From Kiritimatiellia bacterium (GTDB lineage Bacteria; Verrucomicrobiota; Kiritimatiellia; RFP12; UBA1067): a stretch of DNA of 64,000 bases. The stretch covers positions 3,433 through 67,432 of the forward strand of contig JAGBZX010000006.1 in the NCBI GenBank assembly GCA_017628025.1, read 5' to 3'. The notes under the pieces were generated by a model, which worked only from the letters and a program-made list of their open reading frames with translations, did not search any database and had not been told where the DNA came from. This document shows, in pieces, positions 35,114-44,487 of this stretch. A program made the position numbers and the translations under genes. Position 1 is the stretch's first letter. Each line of letters starts with the position of its first letter.

Positions 35114-37774
35114 TTATTCCTCTGGCTTTACATCGGAAAAATCAATATCAGGGAAAAATTCTGTAGCTAAGGATCTGTAAACTTCAAACTGGCGTACAGC
35201 CTCCTTTGCTATTTGCTCTCCTCTTACAGAGGCTGCTGGGTCGTCAGAACAAATAATACGCATTGTAAGCGCCGCGCCCATCATAGCTTCACTCCAATCT
35301 TTAGGGCGAAGTTTTGGCGTACCATTGCGCCTACCACGGACGATAAATGTATTAAATAACTCATTAAGATTACCATGGCATTCACGATAGAACTTTGGCC
35401 AATTCATCTTCATCGTCGACTTACCGTCTTTTTTAAGGATGCGCATCTCACGGTCGTCAACTTCAATGACCTTCATGCCGCGCAATGCCTTACCGCGCTC
35501 AAACTTGAAATCTTTGAGATTACGCTTAAGTATCTCCTGGACTAACTCCATCGCAGCGACTTTGCGAATTACTAAGTCTGCCGCGACAGCACCCTCTGCT
35601 GTTTCAAAGTCTCCCTTAAGAGCGTTTAACTGACGTTTAGCGCCCTTCCAGTCGAGTTGTCTAAATACACCAGCAGTAGCAAGCGCTTCAAACTTATCTT
35701 TAATAGCGGCAGTCTCTTCTTTTATTTTTTCAGCCTTACGTTGAGCCATTTCTTCTAGGCGTTTTTTCTCATCCTCAGCTTCTTTAATCTTTTTAAGGCG
35801 ACGCTCCTCTTCAAGACGCTCAGTGCGCAAACGCTTAACAGTTTCTGTGATGGTTCTACCACCGCGATCTTTGATATACGACTCTGATTTTTGAAGCTTG
35901 CTGTATTCTTCTGAGCTCTTTATAGCGTCGTATTCAGAGACTATTTCACGTGAGAAATCACTATATTCATCGAGCGTTGCTTTGTCTTGCCCTTGGAAAT
36001 TAGCATTATGAATTTTCTCAATCAATTTATCAATGCGATGATGTAAGATAATTGCACATGCCTTGCAGCTATAAGCGCGATTCCAAAGATCAACAATGAC
36101 CTTTGCCTCTTGAGGCATCTTTAACTCTGGAGCCTGAGCTTGCTCTGCTTCTCCTGCTTGCCCAGCTTCCCCTGCTGGAGCATCTGATTGTTGAGCAGCA
36201 CCTTGCTTAGCCTCCCACTCCTTTTTCTGTTTAAGGTAATCTTGTCCTTCGGGAGAATTCGCATCAAGTTCATCTCCCTGTGGAGGACGGAACGAGCTGC
36301 GCTTTGGCTGCGGCGCAGTTGGCGCTTGTTGTGCAGTAGTCTGAGGAGCTTCAACTTTATTTGGAGCATCGTTTGTGGACGCTTCGCCTTCTGTTTGCTC
36401 TTTAACGGACTCCATTGCATCTAACAATTCTTTTGAGGGTGGCGGCTTAAGCATGCTGGCAATTTCTGCAGAGAAAAGCTTGCCAAATTCATCTGTTATC
36501 CTTTGGCATTCGTTCATTGTTTTTTCTGCAAATGCGTCAGCGTTCTTCTGGCATTCATCAGCCATCTTTTCTGTTGTAGAAAGAACCTTACGAACCTCTT
36601 CGAAGCCTGTTTCAAGTTGAACACGCAATTCGGCTTCGCGAACTTTCTTATCGTGATGAACATACCAAGCCAAGAAAGCACTTACGGCGATTATGCCGCC
36701 GATAACAGCAAAAAGAACCTTACCAAGTTTACCTGAAGATTCATCTTCTTCCTCTGCAGGCTCTTCATATCTACGCTTTTTCATTCGAGAAGAAGATTTC
36801 GCCTCTTCTTCACCTTCATCTGAAGAAGAGGACGAGGTTACTTTAAAGCGCTTCTTTGTCGATTTTAGCTTAAGCTTAGGCTTGCCTGAACTTGATGACG
36901 AGGCTGACTCTAAAGTATCCGTAGTAGGAGCGGCACCTGCTTGAAGGCCAGTAGCCATAACATTTTTAAACTCAGCAAGCAACGCTTCAAAAGATGGAAA
37001 TCTCTTGGCTTTATCAAACTCAAGCATCTTCATTACTAGCGCGTCAATCTGGGGCGTAAGATCAGAACGTAACTGGCTAGGCTTTTTGCAAACCGTCTCA
37101 AAACGCTTGCGAACAACTTCATCAGCATCAGCGCCCTCAAAAGGAGCCACTCCCGTAAGTGCATGATAGAGAGTACCACCTAATGAATACATATCAGCAC
37201 GGAAATCGGGAATCTCTTTATTTACCTTTTCTGGCGCAATATAATAAGGAGTGCCCCAAATTTCAGAGGTATCCTTCTGCATTGCTGCCAAACCGAAATC
37301 GACTAACTTAGCATTGCCATTAGCATCAAGAAGAATATTTTCTGGCTTAATATCACCATGCACCACACCTTGGTCAGAAGCACATCTCAAAGCTTGTGCA
37401 ACTTGCTCGCATATCTTCATAACGCGAGGCACGTCAGTTTGACCAGAGTTAGACATGAGAGTGTAAAGTGATCCGCCTGCCACAAGCTCCATCGCGATAT
37501 AAGGCATGCCGTCAGAAATGCCATAAGAATAAACTTGTGCGATATTAGGATGAATGAGCCTAGCAGCTGACTGTGCTTCGCGTTTGAATTTTTCAACGAA
37601 TTGCTGGTCTGAGCCATACTCTTTAAGCATTACCTTAACAGCGACTGGACGATCGAGCATCTTATCTCTGCCCATATAAACGCCACCCATACCGCCGCGA
37701 CCTAATTCGCGCTCAAGTAAAAGGTTGCCAGTCTCGCCGAAAACGCATGGCGTTTGAATCAACTGTTCACTCAT
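35114..37774 (-). CDS. membrane Ser/Thr protein kinase with large C-terminal coiled-coil/low-complexity region
   Basis: Hanks motifs GRGGMGGVY, VAVK, HGDIKPEN, DFG and GTPYYIAPE, with one TM (VLFAVIGGIIAVSAFLAWYV). Start set to ATG 37772-37774 (GGAGGA 7 nt upstream, ATGA overlap with the lepB stop); the ORF-track start is 37789. Confidence 0.88.
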   Translation of the reverse strand: MSEQLIQTPCVFGETGNLLLERELGRGGMGGVYMGRDKMLDRPVAVKVMLKEYGSDQQFVEKFKREAQSAARLIHPNIAQVYSYGISDGMPYIAMELVAGGSLYTLMSNSGQTDVPRVMKICEQVAQALRCASDQGVVHGDIKPENILLDANGNAKLVDFGLAAMQKDTSEIWGTPYYIAPEKVNKEIPDFRADMYSLGGTLYHALTGVAPFEGADADEVVRKRFETVCKKPSQLRSDLTPQIDALVMKMLEFDKAKRFPSFEALLAEFKNVMATGLQAGAAPTTDTLESASSSSSGKPKLKLKSTKKRFKVTSSSSSDEGEEEAKSSSRMKKRRYEEPAEEEDESSGKLGKVLFAVIGGIIAVSAFLAWYVHHDKKVREAELRVQLETGFEEVRKVLSTTEKMADECQKNADAFAEKTMNECQRITDEFGKLFSAEIASMLKPPPSKELLDAMESVKEQTEGEASTNDAPNKVEAPQTTAQQAPTAPQPKRSSFRPPQGDELDANSPEGQDYLKQKKEWEAKQGAAQQSDAPAGEAGQAGEAEQAQAPELKMPQEAKVIVDLWNRAYSCKACAIILHHRIDKLIEKIHNANFQGQDKATLDEYSDFSREIVSEYDAIKSSEEYSKLQKSESYIKDRGGRTITETVKRLRTERLEEERRLKKIKEAEDEKKRLEEMAQRKAEKIKEETAAIKDKFEALATAGVFRQLDWKGAKRQLNALKGDFETAEGAVAADLVIRKVAAMELVQEILKRNLKDFKFERGKALRGMKVIEVDDREMRILKKDGKSTMKMNWPKFYRECHGNLNELFNTFIVRGRRNGTPKLRPKDWSEAMMGAALTMRIICSDDPAASVRGEQIAKEAVRQFEVYRSLATEFFPDIDFSDVKPEE

Positions 37775-38517
37775 CTTATTATCCTCCATCCACTAAAAGG
37801 CCAAAAAACGACGCTTGCTACGCCGCATAAATTCTTTTGGGGGACAACACCCCAATATCTACTATCGAAACTATTATTGAAATTATCTCCACAAGCATAA
37901 TACTCGCCCTCTCTCATCGTGACACTTAATGGCGAGCCAGGAACTGGATGCTCTAATTTATAAGTCTGACCGGGCGATGCCTTCATACGTTTTATATAAT
38001 GAATCCCTTGGGCTAAACCATCGATCCCTGTAGTAGAAAATATCATGACCTCGCCAGTACGAGGACGCATAAAATTCCAACGCCAGCGATTAACAAATAT
38101 AAAATCGCCAGTTGTAACATAGCCCTTCCAAACTGTTTCCCCCTTGCGAAAAGAACGCCCCGCAATCTCTGCGCACGCGTCAGTCGGGAGTTTAAAGGAG
38201 TCTCTAGAAAGGCCTACTCGAACATTTGCAAAGCCATCGTTGCGCGGTTCAACTCGAGCTATCCCCGCAGAAGGCGCTTTACACTCCACATAACGCGAAC
38301 CTGTCCACACCCACTTAAGCGCAGAAAGCGGAAATGTGTCCCACGTTGTCTTTTCTGATACCTGCTTAGTGTGATATCCCCACAGTGTAGGTTGCATCGA
38401 CCCTGTGGGGATATTAAACGGTTCATAGAAATAAGCGCGGAAACACATCGCCACGCTTATTGCTACTACAAGCGTATCAAGCCATTCTTTGCCGTAATCG
38501 GAAAATGTTTTTTTCAT
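37771..38517 (-). CDS. lepB: signal peptidase I
   Basis: S26 motifs PTGSMQPTL and GDNFNNSFDSRYWG. ATG at 38515-38517 overlaps the guaB stop (TGATG); ORF-track start 38520 is TTG. Confidence 0.85.
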   Translation of the reverse strand: MKKTFSDYGKEWLDTLVVAISVAMCFRAYFYEPFNIPTGSMQPTLWGYHTKQVSEKTTWDTFPLSALKWVWTGSRYVECKAPSAGIARVEPRNDGFANVRVGLSRDSFKLPTDACAEIAGRSFRKGETVWKGYVTTGDFIFVNRWRWNFMRPRTGEVMIFSTTGIDGLAQGIHYIKRMKASPGQTYKLEHPVPGSPLSVTMREGEYYACGDNFNNSFDSRYWGVVPQKNLCGVASVVFWPFSGWRIIR

Positions 38518-40022
38518 CAAGTACGGTAATTAGGCGCTTCTTTCGTTATTGTAATATCGTGCGGACGCGCCTCACGTTGACCAGCGGCAGTAACACGATA
38601 GAACTTGCCTTTCTTCTGAAGCTGCTCTATCGTTTTCGCGCCGCAATAGCCTAAAGACGCTCTAAGACCACCACAGAACTGAGTCATGATGCTCTTGACA
38701 TGGCCAGAATAAGGCACCATACCCTCAATACCCTGAGGTACCAAGCTATCATCATCCTCGTTATCTTGGAAATAACGCGCACGTGAGCCCTTGCCGTTTT
38801 TCAACGCAGCCATTGAACCCATACCACGATAGACGACATATTGTCGACCATTTGAATAGATTTTTTCACCAGGACTTTCTTCAGTTCCTGCAAGAACAGA
38901 ACCGAGCATCACAGAATCAGCGCCAGCAACAATAGCCTTAGGAACGTCGCCAGAAAGCTTTATGCCACCATCGGCAATCACCGCTACACCTGATCCGCGA
39001 AGAGCTTTTGCTGCTTCATAAACTGCCGTAAGCTGCGGAATACCAACGCCACAAACGACGCGAGTAGTGCAAATAGAACCTGGACCAATACCTACTTTAA
39101 CAGCATGAGCGCCTGCTTTTGCAAGAGCCTTTGCAGCTTCGCCTGTAGCGATATTACCTGCAATTACATCGATATTTGGATAATGCTTAACGATGTACTT
39201 AGTCATATCCATAATACCTTTGGTGTGGCCGTGAGCAGAATCTACTACCACTACATCGACACCAGCCTCGGCAAGTTTCTCCATTCTAGAGAGGTCTCCC
39301 TTGCCACCAGAGACAGAGGCACTAACACGCAAGCGAAAATCTGAGTCAAGGTTGTAACTGGAATCTGAGTTCTCAACAATACGTCTAACATCAGTAAAAC
39401 TATAAAGACCAGCAACACGATTGCGCTTATCTACAATTGGCAACTTACCAATCTTATGATGACGCATAATCTCATAAGCTTGAGCAAGCGTAGTGCCAGG
39501 CTTAGCAGTGACAAGATTTTTCTGCATCACATCTCTAAGCTTTGCCGCATTCATCGGCGCAAAACGCATATCGGACGATGTTATCATACCGACGAGATGT
39601 TCCTCTGCATCAAGCACTGGGAAACCGCTGAAAGCAAGTTTCCTGCGAGACTTCTCGCTTCTAAGATAACCGATATCATCATCTTCGTGGAAGCATACGG
39701 GATCAGCAATAAGACCGCTAAGATGTTTTTTAACTATCTTAACTTGGGCGGCCTGTTCATCCTCTTCAAGATTTTTATGAATAACACCAATTCCTCCAGA
39801 CAGCGCCATTGCAATTGCCATAGGCGCCTCTGTTACTGTATCCATCGCAGCGGAGATAAAAGGAATTTTCATTTTAACTCGGCTCGTAAGCTTTGTATCT
39901 AGCTTTGTATCATCTGGAAGAAAATCTGCGTATTGAGTAACTAACGTAACATCATCATACGTTAGCCCCTCATACGGAAAAGTCTTCATAAATGCGTCAA
40001 GGTACTTATTCGTGCTATTCAT
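38517..40022 (-). CDS. guaB: IMP dehydrogenase
   Basis: 501 aa. TIM barrel with an inserted CBS pair, catalytic [11 protein letters not shown] loop and [11 protein letters not shown]. Confidence 0.95.
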   Translation of the reverse strand: MNSTNKYLDAFMKTFPYEGLTYDDVTLVTQYADFLPDDTKLDTKLTSRVKMKIPFISAAMDTVTEAPMAIAMALSGGIGVIHKNLEEDEQAAQVKIVKKHLSGLIADPVCFHEDDDIGYLRSEKSRRKLAFSGFPVLDAEEHLVGMITSSDMRFAPMNAAKLRDVMQKNLVTAKPGTTLAQAYEIMRHHKIGKLPIVDKRNRVAGLYSFTDVRRIVENSDSSYNLDSDFRLRVSASVSGGKGDLSRMEKLAEAGVDVVVVDSAHGHTKGIMDMTKYIVKHYPNIDVIAGNIATGEAAKALAKAGAHAVKVGIGPGSICTTRVVCGVGIPQLTAVYEAAKALRGSGVAVIADGGIKLSGDVPKAIVAGADSVMLGSVLAGTEESPGEKIYSNGRQYVVYRGMGSMAALKNGKGSRARYFQDNEDDDSLVPQGIEGMVPYSGHVKSIMTQFCGGLRASLGYCGAKTIEQLQKKGKFYRVTAAGQREARPHDITITKEAPNYRT

Positions 40023-40055
40023 TCAGCCTCCAAAGTTTTATATGTGCTTTTCCTT

Positions 40056-40068
40056 GTGTATTATACAC
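40056..40068 (-). promoter_or_regulatory. candidate guaB -10 (TATAAT) embedded in a 13-nt palindrome
   Basis: gtgtattatacac is a 6+1+6 palindrome. The minus strand reads GTGTATAATACAC with TATAAT 37 nt upstream of the guaB ATG, and GGAGG lies between. Confidence 0.4.
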
Positions 40069-40100
40069 GAAAAAATAGGTAAAATCAACTAACTAAAATA

Positions 40101-40109
40101 TGATACACT
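40101..40109 (+). promoter_or_regulatory. extended -10-like element TGATACACT upstream of tcdA
   Basis: The plus strand reads TGATACACT, 7 nt before the ATG at 40117. This is the same motif family as on the minus strand but correctly flipped for the only plus-strand gene. It implies a leaderless mRNA. Confidence 0.45.
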
Positions 40110-40116
40110 ATAAAAC

Positions 40117-40845
40117 ATGCAAAACGAAATATTTTCTAGAGCTAGGCAGTTACTTGGTGATAAGACTATTGCCGTCTTATCAGAGGCTAAAATACTAATT
40201 GTTGGTACCGGCGGAGTTGGTAGCTGGTGCGCAGAAACGCTAGTAAGAACTAGTGCTATTAACGTAACTCTCGTTGATTGCGACATTGTCGCGCCTTCAA
40301 ATATTAATCGCCAGGCTATGGCAAAGCCTAGCACAATTGGCGAGCCAAAAGTTTTTGCACTAAAAAAACATTTACTTGAGATTTCTCCAAATGCTAAAAT
40401 TGAAGCATATAATTTGAAATATGAAGTAGGATCCGCTGGGCATCCTCCCTTTGTATTTTCAAACTATGACTATGTTATTGACGCAATTGACTCTGTTGAC
40501 TCAAAAGTATCTCTAATAATTTCTGCTTTATCATCTGAAAATACGACTCTTTTCTCTTCTATGGGAGCAGCTTTAAGAACAGATCCAAGTCGCGTAAAAA
40601 GTTCTGATTTCAAAAAAGTAACCGGCGATGGTCTAGCAAGAGCCATTAGAGGAAGATTTAAAAAAAATCAAAGCTGGCCTAGCCGCTCCTTTACAGCCGT
40701 TTGGTCTGACGAAACACCTGTCGTTCAAGGCGTAGACGCGCTAGCAAGAGGCTCATTAATGCAAGTAACCGCCGCATTTGGGCTTAAACTAGCACAGCTT
40801 GTAATCTCTTCTGCGCAGCAAAAAGGCGCACAACACAAAGCTTAA
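40117..40845 (+). CDS. tcdA: tRNA threonylcarbamoyladenosine dehydratase (ThiF/E1-like, TcdA/CsdL)
   Basis: 242 aa with GTGGVGSW nucleotide-binding motif and DxD..SNINRQ, typical of TcdA. Confidence 0.8.
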   Translation: MQNEIFSRARQLLGDKTIAVLSEAKILIVGTGGVGSWCAETLVRTSAINVTLVDCDIVAPSNINRQAMAKPSTIGEPKVFALKKHLLEISPNAKIEAYNLKYEVGSAGHPPFVFSNYDYVIDAIDSVDSKVSLIISALSSENTTLFSSMGAALRTDPSRVKSSDFKKVTGDGLARAIRGRFKKNQSWPSRSFTAVWSDETPVVQGVDALARGSLMQVTAAFGLKLAQLVISSAQQKGAQHKA

Positions 40846-40846
40846 A

Positions 40847-41932
40847 TTATTCAAGTCTCGACTTCTGCCGCGGATCAAAGGCATCTCTTAAGCCTTCTCC
40901 AATTAAAACGGCAAGCATCATAACCACAAACAAAGCGATAGCAGGAAAAACAACTAACCACCAAGCCTCGGGGTGTTGCTGCGCCTGAAATAGCAACTCG
41001 CCACAGCTTGGCGTCATTGGTGGCAAGCCAAACCCTAGGAAGTCTAACGCCGAAAGCGACGCCACAGCACCAAGCAAAAGAAATGGAAACAATGTTATTA
41101 ACGGCGTAAGCGCATTAGGCAAAATCTCCTTAAAAATTATATGCAACGTACCAAAGCCTTGAACACGAGCTGCTTCAACAAATTGACGCGTACGAAGGCG
41201 CAAAAACTCTGCTCTCATATAATAAGAAACTGCAATCCAATTAAAAACTCCATAGCAAACAAGAAGCACTGTAAATGACCTACCTACCGTTGAACCAATA
41301 AACGTCATCACATAAATAAACGGCATCGCACTCCATATCTCTGTCAAACGCTGAAATACTATATCTATTCTTCCACCAAAATACCCTTCAATAGCCCCAA
41401 TAATAAGCCCAAAAAAAAGCCCCGATAGCGCAAGCGCAGTTGCAAACAACAAAGCGATTCTCAACGCATGAACTATTCGAGAATACACGTCTCTTCCTGA
41501 CGAATCTAGCCCAAAGTAATGACCAGGGCAAGGACGAAATGGAAAAGAAACTTTTTCTTTTCCTATTTTATGTTCGATTACGTTTGGTTGTTCTTTATGC
41601 TCCATAAATACGCGAACATATCCTTCTTTTTGTGTTTGCGTAATTTTATAATCATCTTTATTTATTGACTCTAACGGCCCTTCTACATCAAAAATCTCAC
41701 CAGATGGCAATTGTGAATAGCGAACAGTTTTAATATCATACTCGTTTCTAACAACATCCTTTAGATATGGCTCTAATTCGCCAACAGGAGTTATGCGATG
41801 TGGACTATAAGGACAAACAAAATCTGCTAATAAGCAAAAAACAAATAGCCCAATAAAACAAAGAAGCGACCACCATGCGCGGCGAATTCGCATAAATGAG
41901 GCTATACGTTTTTTTGTTATAGAAGAAATCAC
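40847..41932 (-). CDS. ABC transporter permease (YejE/OppC-like)
   Basis: 361 aa. Binding-protein-dependent transport inner-membrane component with an EAA-like loop (EAARVQGFG). GTG start overlapping the upstream stop. Confidence 0.8.
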   Translation of the reverse strand: MISSITKKRIASFMRIRRAWWSLLCFIGLFVFCLLADFVCPYSPHRITPVGELEPYLKDVVRNEYDIKTVRYSQLPSGEIFDVEGPLESINKDDYKITQTQKEGYVRVFMEHKEQPNVIEHKIGKEKVSFPFRPCPGHYFGLDSSGRDVYSRIVHALRIALLFATALALSGLFFGLIIGAIEGYFGGRIDIVFQRLTEIWSAMPFIYVMTFIGSTVGRSFTVLLVCYGVFNWIAVSYYMRAEFLRLRTRQFVEAARVQGFGTLHIIFKEILPNALTPLITLFPFLLLGAVASLSALDFLGFGLPPMTPSCGELLFQAQQHPEAWWLVVFPAIALFVVMMLAVLIGEGLRDAFDPRQKSRLE

Positions 41933-42891
41933 GATTTTGAACTGAAACTTATTCGAGGGTCCACAACTACATACAGAACATCTGAAACTAAATTACCAAA
42001 AAGCTGAAAGACGGCAGTTAACGATAGTAGGCCAAGAAATACAGCGTAGTCTCGCGCTATAAGTGCGTCCCATGACAAGCGCCCCATTCCAGGAATCTCA
42101 AAAATAGTTTCTACTATAATTGAGCCGGCAAATAACAGCGAAAAGACTGATCCTAAGCCAGTTACTAAAGGTATCATAGCATTTCTAAATGCGTGCATCC
42201 AAATAGCGCGAGTGCGACTGGCACCTTTTGCTATTACTGTTCGAACATAGTCAGAAGAAATTTGATCTAATAGAGAGTTCTTCATCAACAAACTCAACAT
42301 TGCAAAAGAGCCTGCCACATAGCACGCTAATGGCGCAAACATTGACTCCTCTGATGACGGCATGAGAGTTTTAAGCATCATACCTAGCGCAAATGTAGGA
42401 ATTGCATACGATGCAAAAACTATTAACGATGAAGCTGCATCGAAAAATTGTCGGTGTTTTAGAGCCTTAATAACTCCTAACGGGATACAAATTAAATAAG
42501 TTAAAAAGAACGATGTTAACCCAAAAAGAACAGAAATGGGGATTCTTCTTTTGATAAGCTGCCAAACAGTTTTTTCTGGATGATCATAACTTGGCAGCAT
42601 AAGCCCCATTTTATTTACAACTAAGTAATTGTAGTATTGGACAAAAAAAGGCTTATCAAAACCAAATTGCGCTTCAAGTTCTTTGCGATATGTTTCTGAG
42701 ACGCCCTGTGCTGATGTCTGCATAGTTTGAGCAGATTCTCCTCCCGCTCCAATACCCTTCATTCTCATTAAACGAAGTTCAATTGGCCCACCTGGGAGAA
42801 ATCTCGTTAAAGCAAAGCAGACTAATGTAATACCGAGAAATGTCGGCACTATTAAGAGTATTCTTCTAAGTATATAAACGAGATGTTCCAT
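41929..42891 (-). CDS. ABC transporter permease (YejB/OppB-like)
   Basis: 320 aa with N-terminal ILRRILLIVPTFLGITLV and an EAA-like loop (YVRTVIAKGAS). Confidence 0.8.
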   Translation of the reverse strand: MEHLVYILRRILLIVPTFLGITLVCFALTRFLPGGPIELRLMRMKGIGAGGESAQTMQTSAQGVSETYRKELEAQFGFDKPFFVQYYNYLVVNKMGLMLPSYDHPEKTVWQLIKRRIPISVLFGLTSFFLTYLICIPLGVIKALKHRQFFDAASSLIVFASYAIPTFALGMMLKTLMPSSEESMFAPLACYVAGSFAMLSLLMKNSLLDQISSDYVRTVIAKGASRTRAIWMHAFRNAMIPLVTGLGSVFSLLFAGSIIVETIFEIPGMGRLSWDALIARDYAVFLGLLSLTAVFQLFGNLVSDVLYVVVDPRISFSSKS

Positions 42892-43376
42892 TAAAACGTC
42901 CGCTGAATACCGATAGAAAGACTATATACTACAGAAGTGTCTTCATTAAGTGCTAGTAAAGAACTCCCTTCAAACCTAATCGCCCAAAAATCACTTAAAT
43001 AATAATAAGCTCCCACTCCTGCACTAGGCCCGTACTGTCCACCATTAAACCAACCAGCCGCGCCAAATGTAAAAAATGGGTCAAATCTCTCACAACCGAA
43101 AAGCAAATCAAACTCTTCCCATGCACCAAAGTGACACAAGGAGCGGACTGCTAAAGACGGCTTATCTTCATATATACCTGTCTCTAACTCTAGCGCAAAT
43201 CTCTCTGTAAGATAGACACCAAAACTAATTGTCGAACCAACTTTATGCCGCATATGAGAAGAGTCTCTAGGCAAAATCGCACTAGCACTTATCGTTGTAT
43301 AATAAGTATTATCAAACTCAAATGCACTTAAATTTAAGGCACCTAGCAAACTAATAATAAGAATAAACTTTTTCAT
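42891..43376 (-). CDS. small outer-membrane beta-barrel protein (OmpA-like / OmpW-like barrel)
   Basis: 161 aa with a signal peptide, alternating hydrophobic beta-strand pattern and C-terminal ...LSIGIQRTF aromatic terminus. Confidence 0.55.
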   Translation of the reverse strand: MKKFILIISLLGALNLSAFEFDNTYYTTISASAILPRDSSHMRHKVGSTISFGVYLTERFALELETGIYEDKPSLAVRSLCHFGAWEEFDLLFGCERFDPFFTFGAAGWFNGGQYGPSAGVGAYYYLSDFWAIRFEGSSLLALNEDTSVVYSLSIGIQRTF

Positions 43377-43387
43377 ATACCTTTAGT

Positions 43388-43396
43388 AGTATATCA
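43388..43396 (-). promoter_or_regulatory. extended -10-like element TGATATACT upstream of the OMP gene
   Basis: The minus strand reads TGATATACT. It overlaps the ybeY stop codon and leaves 11 nt (containing AAAGG) before the ATG at 43376. Confidence 0.35.
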
Positions 43397-43843
43397 TATA
43401 TTTCTTTCAAGGTCTCTTATCCATTTTAATTCGCGCCTACGCATCCTCATCGCATCAGACAAATTAGAATCATCTGCTCCAGAGAGATGATCCATACCAT
43501 GAGCTATATACAAAAGAAGTTCTTTCTCTGCCGTCCACGCTCCCTTTGAGCGCTGTAAAGCACGCTCACAGTTTACATATAACTCGCCGTAAACGCCGTC
43601 CGCTTCGCCAGGCATTGGATCATAAGGCTGAGTTATCACATCCGTAGCTCCCTCAACATCCATTATCGCGATATGAGCCTGATTAGAAAGTTCATCATCT
43701 TGAAGGATAATCGTTACTTGCTGCATAAGAAAGCCGCCCCTTCTAGCAGAACGTTCTGCAAAATATTTTGCATACTCTTTAAGTTCTTTTCGCGTTAAAT
43801 TAAACGCCTTAGGAAGCGCTCCATCTATTATGATTTGTGCCAT
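43394..43843 (-). CDS. ybeY: rRNA maturation endoribonuclease YbeY (variant metal motif)
   Basis: ATDVITQPY and HGMDHLSGADD correspond to the YbeY PTDVLSFP and HGxLHLxGYDH motifs. Start uncertain: ATG 43841-43843 is used here; the ORF track gives 43897. Confidence 0.7.
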   Translation of the reverse strand: MAQIIIDGALPKAFNLTRKELKEYAKYFAERSARRGGFLMQQVTIILQDDELSNQAHIAIMDVEGATDVITQPYDPMPGEADGVYGELYVNCERALQRSKGAWTAEKELLLYIAHGMDHLSGADDSNLSDAMRMRRRELKWIRDLERNI

Positions 43844-44487
43844 TTGCAAAACCTCTTTATCGGACAATCTTCGCATTTCGGTCTTTGACCACCACAACGC
43901 GTTTGGCCAAATGAAACAAGATAACTATTCCATGTTTTCCAATATCTTATTGGCAACACTTTTCGAAGCGCCATTTCTGTTTCATAAGGAGTTTTTGTTT
44001 TAACTAACTCTAGTCTATTTGATATTCGATGAACATGAACATCAACACAAATCGCGGGCAAATCAAAGCCAATAGCCACAGTAAGATTAGCCGTTTTACG
44101 ACCAACACCTGGTAAATTACATAATTCTTCAACAGTTGATGGCAGAACCCCACCAAAAAGCTCATCCAAAACAACTGGTAACTTTTTTAAATGGACAGCC
44201 TTTGCCCTATAAAACCCAACAGGATAAATAAGCTTTTCAATTTGCTTTGTAGTCAGACGTCTTAAATCATTTGGCGTAATCTTACCTGGAGTTTCTCCAT
44301 GAGAAAAAAGACGCTTGACAGCTCCTGCTGTGCAAGCATCTTTTGTGCGAGAGGAAAGAATCGTTCCTACTAATACAGAAAAAGGGTCGTCTGTCTGCGC
44401 TTTAATAAGCTCTATAATCGGCGCATTTGCGGAAATAAATTCCTTTTTAAGCGCTCTATTTACCTCTGGAATATCAGACGTCGTCAT
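43828..44487 (-). CDS. nth: endonuclease III
   Basis: 219 aa with HhH-GPD (LPGVGRKTAN, VDVHVHR) and a C-terminal C-x6-C-x2-C-x5-C iron-sulfur cluster motif. Confidence 0.9.
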   Translation of the reverse strand: MTTSDIPEVNRALKKEFISANAPIIELIKAQTDDPFSVLVGTILSSRTKDACTAGAVKRLFSHGETPGKITPNDLRRLTTKQIEKLIYPVGFYRAKAVHLKKLPVVLDELFGGVLPSTVEELCNLPGVGRKTANLTVAIGFDLPAICVDVHVHRISNRLELVKTKTPYETEMALRKVLPIRYWKTWNSYLVSFGQTRCGGQRPKCEDCPIKRFCKWHKS

